A program made the position numbers and the translations under genes. The notes under the pieces were generated by a model. The model had not been told where the DNA came from. It saw only the letters and a list, made by a program, of their open reading frames with translations, and did no database searches. From positions 1,088,001-1,152,000 of the forward strand of contig CAVYKI010000009.1 of assembly GCA_963769025.1 (NCBI GenBank): DNA of 64,000 nucleotides, read 5' to 3'. Origin of the DNA: an uncultured Verrucomicrobiae bacterium. Lineage in GTDB: Bacteria > Verrucomicrobiota > Verrucomicrobiia > Chthoniobacterales > Chthoniobacteraceae. Shown one piece after another: positions 9,535 through 18,901 of this stretch (positions within the stretch are counted from its first letter, which is position 1; each line of letters begins with the position of its first letter).

Positions 9535-12063
9535 CTACGGGCGGACGATGGCGGTGACGCTCGGCTGTGTGAAGTAGCGCCGGGCGGCTTCGCGGACCTG
9601 TTCGAGCGTCACGGACTCGACCCGCTCGCGAAGGCCTTCGTAGTGGCGGTGGCCGAGGCCGTAGAGTTCGTCGAGGGCGCAGGCAAAGGCGAGGGCGTCG
9701 TTGCTCTGGTTGCGGATGGCTTGCGCTCCGAGGAGTTTCGCCTTCGCGCGTTCCAGTTCGGCAGGCGCAAGGCCATCCTCCGCGAGCTTGCGGATTTCGT
9801 CGGCCAGCGCTGCGCGGACTTCCGTGACCTTCGCGGGGTCCGTGCCGACGTAGAAACTGAACGCGCCGCGGGCGAGGCCGATGAGGTTGCTGCTGCCGAC
9901 AAAGTACGCGAGGCCCATGTCTTCGCGGATGCGGTTGAACATGCGGGAGCCGAGATCGCTGCACGCCTCGTCGATCAATTCCAGCGCCACGGCATCGGCG
10001 CTGAAGATGTCCACCCCGGGGAAACCGATCATGAGGACGGCCTGCTCCTTTGCCTTGATGAGCGTGGCATCGATGCTCGCCGCTGGGAACTGCGATTGCG
10101 GGATTTCCTTCAGTCCTTGGACGCCCTTCGGAATCGCGGCGAGCACGCTCTCGGCGAGGTCGCGGACTTCACGCGAATTCACCGCGCCGAAGACGGATAG
10201 CACGCCGTTGCTGGCGACGACATGCCGGTCGCGGAACGCGGCGAGGTCGGCAGGTTTCAGCGAAGCAAGCGTCGCGGGCGTGCCAAGCACCGGCATCGAG
10301 AATGGATGCCCCGCAAACAGCCGCTCACGGAGCAGATTGCGGGCGATGCTGGTGACCTCTTCGCCGTCGGCCTTGATCGCCGCCAACTGCGCGCTGCGCT
10401 CACGCTCCATCGCGGCCGCCGGAAAACTGGCGTTGAGGAGGATGTCCGAGACGAGTTCGAGCCCGTGCTTCAGATCGGGCCGCAGCACTCGCGCGGAGAC
10501 GCTGAGGCTGTTGTTCCCGCTGTCCGTGCCGATGGCGCCGCCGGTGGCCTCGATGGTTTCCGCGATGTCGTCGGCGGATTTCGTCAGCGTGCCCTTGATG
10601 AGCGTCCTGGCGACCATGCGCGAGATCCCATTGTTCGCCGGAGTCTCGGCGAGGAGGCCGCACCGGAAGGTCGCCACCATGGAGACGAGCGGCAGGCGGT
10701 CGTCCTCGCGCACAAGCACGCAGAGTCCGTTCGAAAGCTGGAACTTTTCCACCGCCCCTGCGCTCCGAGTCACGACGCTGGCGGCGCGCTTGCGCAACGT
10801 GCCCTTCGGCATGAGCGAGGAAATGGTGAGATTTTCCTCCGTGAAATACTGGCGCGACACGCGGCGGAGATCCTCGGGCGTCACGCGCTGGACTGCTGCG
10901 AGGTAGGTCTGGTTGAAATTCAGATCCCGCGCGTGGAGCCAGTTCGAGCCGAGGCTGCTGGCCTTGCCGCGCATCGAGGTGAGCGAGTGGAATTGGTGGC
11001 TGAGGAATTGCCGGCGCGCCTTCTCGAGTTCCGCGGGCGTGACTCCGCTTTCCTTCAACTCGGAAATCATCCGCTGCACTTCGCGGACGGTCTCGTCCGC
11101 CTTGTCCGGGTCGAGCACCGCGTCCGCGCCGAAGAGCCCCGCGGTGGACGAAGTGTAGCACCATGCATCGATGCCATGGACGATTCCCAGGCCTTCGCGG
11201 AGCCGCCGGTAAAACCGGGCGCTGCGACCGGCTCCGAGCACGCTCGAGAGCAGGTCCAGCACGGGAATGTCGGCATGCGTGATCTCCGGCACGTGCCAGG
11301 CAAGGCCGAGTCGCGCCAGTTCAGTGTCGAATTCCGTGTGCCGCTCGCGCCGGCCCATCTGGCCCGCCTCGCGAGGCACGAGCACGTCCGGCAACGGCCG
11401 CCGCGGTTGCGGGCCAAACGACTTGGCCAACTGCGCACGAACCGCGTCCGCCTTCACGTCGCCAACCACGACGAAAAACACGTTGTTCGGCGCGTAGCGC
11501 GTCCGGTAGTAGGCCTGCATGTCGGACCGGGTCAGACGGTCAAAAAGGTCCCGGTGGCCGATGACGGGATGGCGGAACGGATGCTCGGCAAATGCCGTCG
11601 CGAAGAGCTGCTTTCCCGCAACGGTGTCCGGGTCGTCGTTCCCCATCGCGAATTCCCGCCGGATGACCTCCTGCTCCTTGGAAAACTCCGCTTCCGGCAG
11701 GGTGGAATTGAGAACCGCATCCGCCAAAAGGTCAATCGCGACACTCACGTTTTGTGCGGGAATATCAATCCAATACACTGTCTGTTCAAAAGATGTGTAT
11801 GCGTTGATGTATCCGCCTCGTTCCTGGATTCCACGGGCGAAATCCTGCGAACCCCGTGTGCCCGTGCCCTTGAAAAGCATGTGCTCGAGAAAGTGGGAAA
11901 GCCCCGCTCCAAGCCATTGCCCCTCGTGGATGCTCCCCGTCTTCACCCACGCCTGCACGCTCGCGACAGGTGCAGAATCGTCCTCCAGGACGACGAGCTC
12001 AAGCCCGTTGGGAAAATTCAGCACCTGAGCCTCGCTCGGAGGCAAAAGCAGGTCATCATTCAT
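9535..12063 (-). CDS. M16 family zinc peptidase (two-module, PqqL-like)
   Basis: HFLEH inverted zinc motif; second degenerate M16 module. Confidence 0.93.
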   Translation of the reverse strand: MNDDLLLPPSEAQVLNFPNGLELVVLEDDSAPVASVQAWVKTGSIHEGQWLGAGLSHFLEHMLFKGTGTRGSQDFARGIQERGGYINAYTSFEQTVYWIDIPAQNVSVAIDLLADAVLNSTLPEAEFSKEQEVIRREFAMGNDDPDTVAGKQLFATAFAEHPFRHPVIGHRDLFDRLTRSDMQAYYRTRYAPNNVFFVVVGDVKADAVRAQLAKSFGPQPRRPLPDVLVPREAGQMGRRERHTEFDTELARLGLAWHVPEITHADIPVLDLLSSVLGAGRSARFYRRLREGLGIVHGIDAWCYTSSTAGLFGADAVLDPDKADETVREVQRMISELKESGVTPAELEKARRQFLSHQFHSLTSMRGKASSLGSNWLHARDLNFNQTYLAAVQRVTPEDLRRVSRQYFTEENLTISSLMPKGTLRKRAASVVTRSAGAVEKFQLSNGLCVLVREDDRLPLVSMVATFRCGLLAETPANNGISRMVARTLIKGTLTKSADDIAETIEATGGAIGTDSGNNSLSVSARVLRPDLKHGLELVSDILLNASFPAAAMERERSAQLAAIKADGEEVTSIARNLLRERLFAGHPFSMPVLGTPATLASLKPADLAAFRDRHVVASNGVLSVFGAVNSREVRDLAESVLAAIPKGVQGLKEIPQSQFPAASIDATLIKAKEQAVLMIGFPGVDIFSADAVALELIDEACSDLGSRMFNRIREDMGLAYFVGSSNLIGLARGAFSFYVGTDPAKVTEVRAALADEIRKLAEDGLAPAELERAKAKLLGAQAIRNQSNDALAFACALDELYGLGHRHYEGLRERVESVTLEQVREAARRYFTQPSVTAIVRP

Positions 12064-12144
12064 CCCCGCACCTCCATCGCGATGCGATCGCTCAACGCCC
12101 AATCCGGAAGCCGGCCAACATCCCGCCGATACCATCTCGCCACG

Positions 12145-12576
12145 CTAGTTCCTGACTTCCGCGCTGGGTTTCACCTTGCGCCCGATGCGCCCCACATTCC
12201 CCGGCGTGTACGGCTCCACAAATGCCTCATGGAACGAATAGACGTCCTTGAAATCCTCGCGCGAGTCGCCGTCGGTCTTCCCGAAAACGCCGAGTTCGAT
12301 CAGATTCCAGACCATTTCACCAAAATCGTCCGTCTTTTGAATGCCCCAATATTCAAAAACGGTCGGCACCATCGGGCCAAACGCCTTGATCGCCAACTGG
12401 CGGAGCCCCTCGGAAAGCTGCTGCCCAGTGACGTGGCCGCTCTCGCCCAGTTGCCGTTTCCTCAGCTTCACCGCGTGGTCGAGTCCTTCGCGGAGAAAGA
12501 AATAGGCATCAGCGTGATATCGGGGATCTGCATCGGTGAGGACCGCAACCGCTTCGGCGAAATCAAGTTTTTGCAT
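12145..12576 (-). CDS. Verrucomicrobia/Planctomycetes-conserved hypothetical protein
   Basis: DPRY..DAY.FLREGL...HVTGQQL...WGI..TDDFGEMVWNLIE...KTDGDSREDF. Confidence 0.8.
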   Translation of the reverse strand: MQKLDFAEAVAVLTDADPRYHADAYFFLREGLDHAVKLRKRQLGESGHVTGQQLSEGLRQLAIKAFGPMVPTVFEYWGIQKTDDFGEMVWNLIELGVFGKTDGDSREDFKDVYSFHEAFVEPYTPGNVGRIGRKVKPSAEVRN

Positions 12577-12757
12577 GGGGTTTTCCAGAGGACCGAGGTT
12601 ATGCCACGCGTTCGGCAAGGTCAATGCCAGCGCAGCAGAATGGCGGCGAATTTCACCCGAAACGAGTCATTGACGTGCAGACGCGTGGCCCCTAGCTTCA
12701 CGCCCCTTTTTCAAAAGAAACCACTCAACGAAACACTCAACCAGATAGGAGGAAAAA

Positions 12758-12955
12758 ATGCCCGAAGTGACCGTCCGCAAAGGAGAACCCATCGATCGCG
12801 CGCTCAAGCGGCTGAAAAGCAAGCTCGAGTCCGAAGGAATCATGGACGAGGTCCGTCGTTTGCGCGCGTTTGAGACGCCCACACAGCGCACCAAGCGCAA
12901 AGCGAAAGCAAACGCCAAGCGCGCCAAGGCCAAGTTCCGTTTCAACATGAGTTGA
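12758..12955 (+). CDS. rpsU: 30S ribosomal protein S21
   Basis: MPEVTVRKGEPIDRALKRLK...FETP; basic, 65 aa. Confidence 0.95.
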   Translation: MPEVTVRKGEPIDRALKRLKSKLESEGIMDEVRRLRAFETPTQRTKRKAKANAKRAKAKFRFNMS

Positions 12956-12998
12956 TTCGCCGGACTCGGTGCCCGGCACCGTCAGTTCCACTCTCATC

Positions 12999-13033
12999 AA
13001 AGCCCGCCGGGTCCCAGGACCCGCGGGCTTTTT
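12999..13033 (+). terminator. Intrinsic terminator between convergent rpsU and the J-like/FGE gene
   Basis: aaagcccgccgggtcc-ca-ggacccgcgggcttttt hairpin with T tail. Confidence 0.8.
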
Positions 13034-13051
13034 GATTTTCCGGCGCCTGCC

Positions 13052-14761
13052 TCAGGCACACTCGCAGACGATCCGGAACCCGACGTCATTCGCGAGATAC
13101 CCGGGCTCGTTAAACGCCCTCGCCGTCGCCCGCAAGCTGGACATCCGCGATTTCCACGAGCCTCCGCGGTAAATGCGCTGCTGGCTTTTTTGCGTGGCGC
13201 GAGGATTCAGGACTTCCTTGCCCTTGTAAGCCTCGTAGGTGTCGAGGCACCACTCGAAGACATTGCCCGAGAGATCCTCGATGCCGAATGGGCTCGCGCC
13301 GCGCGGAAAACTCCCTGCCGGCGCCGTCTCGGCAAAGCCATCGTCGATCGCCGGATCGCGCCACGGAAAATTGGTCCGTGCATCCGCGAAGTTTGCGAAG
13401 TGCCCGACCGAACTCCAGCAGCCCCACGGAAAAATCCGTCCATCCTCTCCACGGGCGCTGAACTCCCACTCCGCCTCGGTCGGCAGACGGTACGTCTTCT
13501 TCTCGCGTTTGCTGAGCCATTGGCAGAACGCCTCCGCCTCGTTCCAACTCACGTAAAGCACGGGATGTTTCTCGTTCGCCCACGGCGCACGTTTCGCCGC
13601 ATGCCTGGGGTCGAACATTTCGTACTGCGCATTCGTGACCGGCAGCCGCGCCATGTAAAAGGATGTCAGGGTCACGGGCGTCAGCGGATTCTCGTTCGGC
13701 TGCGCATTGGCGTCCTTGCTGCCCATCACGAAACGGCCGGTCGGCACGAGAAACATCTCGGATCCCACGCCGTTGGTAAAATTCGGGTATCTCCGCCGTT
13801 CCAGTGCACGGGCGGTCGGGGAGAGGTTGATCTCAATCCCCGCTTCCTTCTTTGCCACCGGCGGCGCCGGAGCCGCCGCCGCTGCACGGACGGGGACCGG
13901 AGCCGGAGGTTGGGGAGAAGGTGCGGGCCTTGCACCGGCAGCCACCAGGACTGGTTTTGCCTGGCGGTTTGGCACCGGCACCGAAGCGTGCGCGACGGGA
14001 GCCATCGGCTGCGACTCCATCTGTTCCAGATAATCGTCAATGAGGTCCTCCGCCTCGCCACCCGTGAGCCCGAGGCTCTCGCCGAGGTTGCACATCGCGT
14101 CACGCTGGTCATCGCTCATCTCCTCCCCATCGAGGCACAGGCGCGACATCTTCAAAATCCTACGGAATTCATCCGCCGGATTACTGCCGCCCGCCGAAGC
14201 ACCAGCCGATGCAGCCGGCGCGACCGACGCGAACCGGACGGGCTCGGGCGGCGGCGGCGCATCTTCGACGCGGACAGCTCCCGTCCGTTCCAATTCCGAA
14301 CGGATGGCCTCCTCGATATCAGCCGGCCCGAGGCCGAGCCCCTCTCCGGCCACCTGAAGCTTTGCCTCGCTCTCCTTGCTCAGCCGTTTGTCCGCCAGCG
14401 TGAAGCTCAGCAGTTTCTTAAACTCCTCGAGCGCGCGGCCGATGACCTCGACGTGGATCTCGGAATCGATTCTCTCGCGCTCCTTCGGATCGAGCAGCTT
14501 CGTGCGGGCCTCCGCCAGAAAGTGCGGCGCTTCATCCAGCCCCTGGCGCAGCAATTGCGCCATCGGGTTGCTCGGCTGGTTTTTAAGCGGAAGCTTTTTC
14601 TGCCACCAGACGAGAAGCTGGCGGCAGTGATCCTCGATCATGTCTGGCGTCGCATTCGAGGAAAAGTCGAGACACAGGCGCGCGTAAAGATTGGCGGAAT
14701 TGTAGGTCTTCCAGCCTGTCCATTTGATCGGGTTGTCGGGAAGCGGATTGGGAAGTGCCAC
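13052..14761 (-). CDS. J-like domain + 2 TerB-like repeats + Pro/Ala linker + FGE-sulfatase (C-type lectin fold) domain protein
   Basis: NLYARLCL..ATPDMIE...LAEARTKLLDPKERERID (J-like, no HPD); RLPTEAEWE, DLSGNVFEW, RGGSW, GFRIV (FGE family). Confidence 0.85.
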   Translation of the reverse strand: MALPNPLPDNPIKWTGWKTYNSANLYARLCLDFSSNATPDMIEDHCRQLLVWWQKKLPLKNQPSNPMAQLLRQGLDEAPHFLAEARTKLLDPKERERIDSEIHVEVIGRALEEFKKLLSFTLADKRLSKESEAKLQVAGEGLGLGPADIEEAIRSELERTGAVRVEDAPPPPEPVRFASVAPAASAGASAGGSNPADEFRRILKMSRLCLDGEEMSDDQRDAMCNLGESLGLTGGEAEDLIDDYLEQMESQPMAPVAHASVPVPNRQAKPVLVAAGARPAPSPQPPAPVPVRAAAAAPAPPVAKKEAGIEINLSPTARALERRRYPNFTNGVGSEMFLVPTGRFVMGSKDANAQPNENPLTPVTLTSFYMARLPVTNAQYEMFDPRHAAKRAPWANEKHPVLYVSWNEAEAFCQWLSKREKKTYRLPTEAEWEFSARGEDGRIFPWGCWSSVGHFANFADARTNFPWRDPAIDDGFAETAPAGSFPRGASPFGIEDLSGNVFEWCLDTYEAYKGKEVLNPRATQKSQQRIYRGGSWKSRMSSLRATARAFNEPGYLANDVGFRIVCECA

Positions 14762-14795
14762 GGCTTTGGGCTCAGCGGGGCGGCATGGGCCGGCG

Positions 14796-16370
14796 TTACG
14801 AAATGCTCAGTTGGGCAAGATCGGCTGTCGCCAGCGCGATTTCATTTTCCGCAAGTCCGGTATTGCGGGCGATGGACACGCGGCTGGTGCGTCCGTATGC
14901 CTCGACCACGACTTCGAGCACCTGATTCTCGTTGTAATGATACGTCAGTTCGACAGGCGATCCCTTCGGCAGGAATGGCGGAAGCTCGATGTCGCAGATG
15001 CCCAGCGGCGTGCATTCCCCGGGGACGCTGCTTTCCCCCTCCACCACGCGGACGATGGCGTTCTTCATGTTCGCCTTCGCTGTTCCGAATGAATTCTTCA
15101 TGTCCGCCGGCACCGGCGTCATTTTGGCGATCATCGGGAACACGTATTCCTCGACCTTGCTGTCGTCCCACAGCACTACGCCGAGCGTGTGCGTGGTGAT
15201 GTTCGTCACCTTGATGAGCGAGCCGTCGGACGCGGAGAACTGATCCCTCACCTCCTGCGAAATATTGTGCAGCCCCGTCTCATCCTCCTCGTGGAGCATC
15301 GAGAGCATGCCCTGGATGGCGGCCCCCATCGCGACCGCCTCGTCCGGGCTCACATCATCCGCCGTCGGGCGGCCGGACATGTCGTTGATCATCTGGCGCA
15401 CGGAAGGAACGCGGGTCATGCCGCCGGTCATCAGCACGCGATCAATCTGTTCCCAGTTCATGTTCGCCTCCTGCATCACGATTTCGCAGATGGCCTTGCT
15501 CTTTTCGAGCAGGTGCCGGCACCGCTCCTCAAAGTCCTCGCGGGTGAGTTCGAGCTTCACACTGCGTCCATTGTAGTTGTGTACCAAGGTGGTCCGCGGA
15601 CGTGTGGAGAGCTGGATTTTCGCCGTGAGCGCGCGGTTGTAGAGATCCTGGTAGCTCTGCAGATCGAGCAGCGGATTCTCCCCGTGCTGCTTGTCGAATT
15701 CCTCCGCGACCCAGTTCACGATCACGTCGTCCCAGTCCTTGCCACCGAGGCGATGGTCGCCGTTGCTCGCCACCATCCGGATGTGATGGCCGTCGATCCG
15801 CATGATCGTGACGTCGAACGTTCCGCCGCCAAGGTCGAACACGAAGACCGTCTGATCCTGATCCAGCTTGTCCAAACCGTAGGCGAGCGCCGCCGAGGTG
15901 GGCTCGTTGATGATCTGCAGGACGTTCAGTCCGGCGAGCTGCCCGGCGACGAGCGTCGCGGTCCGCTCCGCGTCATTGAAATACGCGGGAACCGTGATGA
16001 CGGCGTCCGTGACCGTTTCGCCGAGATATTTCTCCGCGTCATTCTTCAGCTTCCGGAGGATGATGGCCGACAGTTCCTCCGCAGAATACACCTTCCCGCC
16101 AAACGTGCGGCTGAACTGCGCCTTGCTCTTGCCCATTTCGCGCTTCACGAAATCGACAATCTTGTCGGGCTCGGCGACGGCGTTCTGCTTGGCGATGGTT
16201 CCCACCACGGCATTCGTGCCGTCGAACAGGATCACCGATGGCGTGATGCGCTCGTTCTCGGTGTTTGGGATGATCTGCGGCTTTCCGTAAGCGTCGATGT
16301 GGGCGACGGCGCAGAATGTGGTGCCGAGGTCGATTCCTACGGCTTTGCGGTTTAGTGGTTTTTCAGACAT
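14796..16370 (-). CDS. Hsp70-family protein, atypical (524 aa, lid truncated)
   Basis: GIDLGTT, TVPAYFND, INEPTSAALAYG, FDLGGGTFD, GGMTRVP, PDEAVAMGAA. Confidence 0.95.
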   Translation of the reverse strand: MSEKPLNRKAVGIDLGTTFCAVAHIDAYGKPQIIPNTENERITPSVILFDGTNAVVGTIAKQNAVAEPDKIVDFVKREMGKSKAQFSRTFGGKVYSAEELSAIILRKLKNDAEKYLGETVTDAVITVPAYFNDAERTATLVAGQLAGLNVLQIINEPTSAALAYGLDKLDQDQTVFVFDLGGGTFDVTIMRIDGHHIRMVASNGDHRLGGKDWDDVIVNWVAEEFDKQHGENPLLDLQSYQDLYNRALTAKIQLSTRPRTTLVHNYNGRSVKLELTREDFEERCRHLLEKSKAICEIVMQEANMNWEQIDRVLMTGGMTRVPSVRQMINDMSGRPTADDVSPDEAVAMGAAIQGMLSMLHEEDETGLHNISQEVRDQFSASDGSLIKVTNITTHTLGVVLWDDSKVEEYVFPMIAKMTPVPADMKNSFGTAKANMKNAIVRVVEGESSVPGECTPLGICDIELPPFLPKGSPVELTYHYNENQVLEVVVEAYGRTSRVSIARNTGLAENEIALATADLAQLSIS

Positions 16371-16433
16371 GGCTCTTTGGGCTTAAGAACACTTTTTGGA
16401 TTGCAGAGGTAAATTTGCGGAAGGTTGAAAAGA

Positions 16434-17257
16434 TCATGCCGTGGCCGGGGCTTTTCCGAGGGCGGAGAGGAATCCTTCCTTCCACTTCTTGATCACGACC
16501 TCCTCGGCGCGGACCACGCGATCCTTCCAGAGGAAACCGCGTTTGACGACTTTCACGACCACATGATCCTGATCCGGATCCTCGGTGTATTCCACGGTCA
16601 CCGCCCGCTGGGACTGCTTGTCCAGTTTTCCCGTGCCGGACGGAACGATCGTCACGCCCAAGCCGCTCCAGCATTTCGAGCACCGAATCGCGGTTGTGTT
16701 CGAGCTGGTGGACCGGAGCCGCGACGTTCTCGAAAAAGATCAGCGCACTTCCCGCCATGGTGCCGCGCTGCTCCTGGCTCGAGAGCGCCAAGCGCGAGTT
16801 GCCGATGGATGTCCGAAATGTCGTCGTAGAGCGAAATCAGATCGCGAATCACCGGGCGCAACACCGCTTCGAGGAGAAACGCGTCCTTGTAGGTCTTCAG
16901 CTCCGCGTGGAGCGCCTCAAACATCGCCTTGCTCACCGCATTGCGTTGCTCGAGCGCCACCTTCGTCTCCGCGAGAATCTTCGGCACGCCGGTCTGGTGC
17001 ATCATCACCTTCTCCACGCGGTCCAGCATTTCCACCTGCTCGAACTGCGCGCGGGCCACCGCCTCGATCCCCTGCAGGACGGGACGCAATGATTGCTGAA
17101 AACTCAACGGATGGGATCCTCCATCGCCCGGACTGTTTGCCGATGGAACTCCGTCGGGCTTGACGGAACACATGACCACGGGCGTCGCAATGGGATGCGC
17201 TTCGGGGTTCGCGCAGTCGGCGAGTTCGCTGGTGTTTGCGGGCTGAGGTTCGACCAT
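16434..17257 (-). CDS. GrpE-like nucleotide exchange factor, interrupted by two +1 frameshifts (16790-16791, 16660-16661)
   Basis: Long helix (LRPVIRDLISLYDD), LEMLERLGV, and GrpE beta domain VVKVVKRGFLWKDRVVRAEEV. Removing one A at each CCAAGC restores a 273-aa ORF. Confidence 0.8.
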
Positions 17258-17271
17258 GACGACCTGCGAAA

Positions 17272-17287
17272 AGCGAATTCCGCGCCA
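17272..17287 (-). promoter_or_regulatory. Putative sigma54 -24/-12 promoter of the grpE-hsp70-J operon
   Basis: TGGCGCGGAATTCGCT (GG-N10-GC) in the short intergenic gap. Confidence 0.45.
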
Positions 17288-17314
17288 GCCAGCCGACAAA
17301 TTATGATTCCGCCC

Positions 17315-18847
17315 TCAAATCGCGGCTCTGCAGTAATCCAAAATCGCCTCAACGAGCCCCGGAATGTCGTAGCGAGACGCCTCGACATCCACGTTCAATC
17401 CCAGCCCGCGCATGGTGGCCGAGGTGATCGGGCCGATGGAGGCCGCCTTCAATCCCGGCGGCAGAGGCAGCTTCAGCGCCATGAAATTTTCCGCCGTCGA
17501 GGAACTGGTGAAAGTGACCATGTCCGCGCCCTCCTCGCGAAAGCGCGCGATGGCACCAGATCGGTCCTCCGTCTCCGGCACCGTGCGGTACACGGCGGCC
17601 ACATCCACGATCGCGCCAAGCTTCGTCAATTCCTCCGGCAACACGTCCCGCGCTTCCTGCGCCCGCGCGAGCAAAATGCGGAGGTTCTCGACCGAGCCTT
17701 CCTTCTTGAATGCCTTCACAACGGCCTCTGCGACATACTCCTCAGGCTGCAAATCCACGCTCAGCCGGTATTCGCGCACCTTCGCCGCGGTCGCCGGTCC
17801 GATGGCCGCGATCCGCACACCGCCGATCTCGCGGGCGTCCTTGTAGATCTTGTAGAACGCGTCAAAGAACGCATCGACTCCATTCGGACTCGTGAAGACC
17901 AGCCAGTCGTAGCCGTGCGCGTCGCGCACCATTTCCGCCATCGCGAGTCTGTCCGTCGGCGGCTCGATGCGGATCGTCGGGATTTCCATCACGTCCGCGC
18001 CGAGCTCCCGGAGGCGCGATGAAAGCGCGCCCGCCTGCTTGCGCGTGCGCGTCACCACGATCCGTTTTCCAAAAAGCGGCCGCGTCTCGAACCAGTTCAG
18101 CGACTCCCGCAGCTTCACCACCTCGCCGATGATCGCCACCGCCGGCGCCTTGAACCCCGCCGCCTCCACCTTCCCGGCGATGTCATCCAGCTTGCCCACG
18201 AGCGTCTGCTGACGCCCGGTCGTCCCCCAGCGGATGAGCGCGACGGGCAAATCCGCACGCGCACCGTGCTTGATCAACTCCCCGGCGATCACCCCAATGC
18301 GCTCGACACCCATGAGCATCACTTTGGTTCCCGGATTTTTCGCAAGTTGATCGTAGTCGAGCTTGCTCTCCGGCTTCGTCGGATCCTCGTGCCCGGTGAA
18401 AATGGTGAGCTGCGAAGTATGCTCGCGGTGCGTCACCGGGATGCCCGCGTAGGCACCCGCCGCGACCGTGGAGGAAATGCCGGGGATCACCTCGAAGTGC
18501 AGTCCCGCGCGCACCAGTTCCAGCGCCTCCTCGCCGCCCCGCCCGAAGACAAACGGATCGCCACCCTTGAGCCGCACGACGCGTTTCCCAGCCTTCGTCT
18601 TCTCGACGAGCAGCGCATTCGTCTCCTCCTGCTTGAGCGCATGCTGCGCCGCGCGCTTGCCCGCGTAGATGATCTCCGCCCCTTCCGGCGCCCACTTCAA
18701 GATCTCCGGATTGCAGAGCGCGTCGTACACCACCACGTCCGCCGTCTCCAGGACCTCGCGCAGCCGCAGCGTCACGAGCCCGAGATCCCCCGGCCCGGCT
18801 CCGGCCAGATAGCAGATTCCCGAATGTTTCACTTTAGTCGCAGGCAT
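17315..18847 (-). CDS. cobA-hemD: Uroporphyrinogen-III C-methyltransferase / synthase fusion
   Basis: GAGPGD, RLKGGDPFVFGRGGEE; HemD motifs VFTSPNGV and FTSSS. Confidence 0.95.
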   Translation of the reverse strand: MPATKVKHSGICYLAGAGPGDLGLVTLRLREVLETADVVVYDALCNPEILKWAPEGAEIIYAGKRAAQHALKQEETNALLVEKTKAGKRVVRLKGGDPFVFGRGGEEALELVRAGLHFEVIPGISSTVAAGAYAGIPVTHREHTSQLTIFTGHEDPTKPESKLDYDQLAKNPGTKVMLMGVERIGVIAGELIKHGARADLPVALIRWGTTGRQQTLVGKLDDIAGKVEAAGFKAPAVAIIGEVVKLRESLNWFETRPLFGKRIVVTRTRKQAGALSSRLRELGADVMEIPTIRIEPPTDRLAMAEMVRDAHGYDWLVFTSPNGVDAFFDAFYKIYKDAREIGGVRIAAIGPATAAKVREYRLSVDLQPEEYVAEAVVKAFKKEGSVENLRILLARAQEARDVLPEELTKLGAIVDVAAVYRTVPETEDRSGAIARFREEGADMVTFTSSSTAENFMALKLPLPPGLKAASIGPITSATMRGLGLNVDVEASRYDIPGLVEAILDYCRAAI

Positions 18848-18901
18848 GCGCGGAAACTGTCTGACGCACCGCCCGCCGGGCAAGTGCAACCTCGCATCCC
18901 G

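Noticed and set aside
13052..13200. Diversity-generating retroelement target (FGE/C-type lectin C-terminus)
   Set aside because: No reverse transcriptase and no second copy (template repeat) of this segment seen in the window; action in trans cannot be excluded
13052..13800. Sulfatase-maturing FGE for the two sulfatases
   Set aside because: The catalytic cysteines are absent and the gene belongs to the Hsp70 operon
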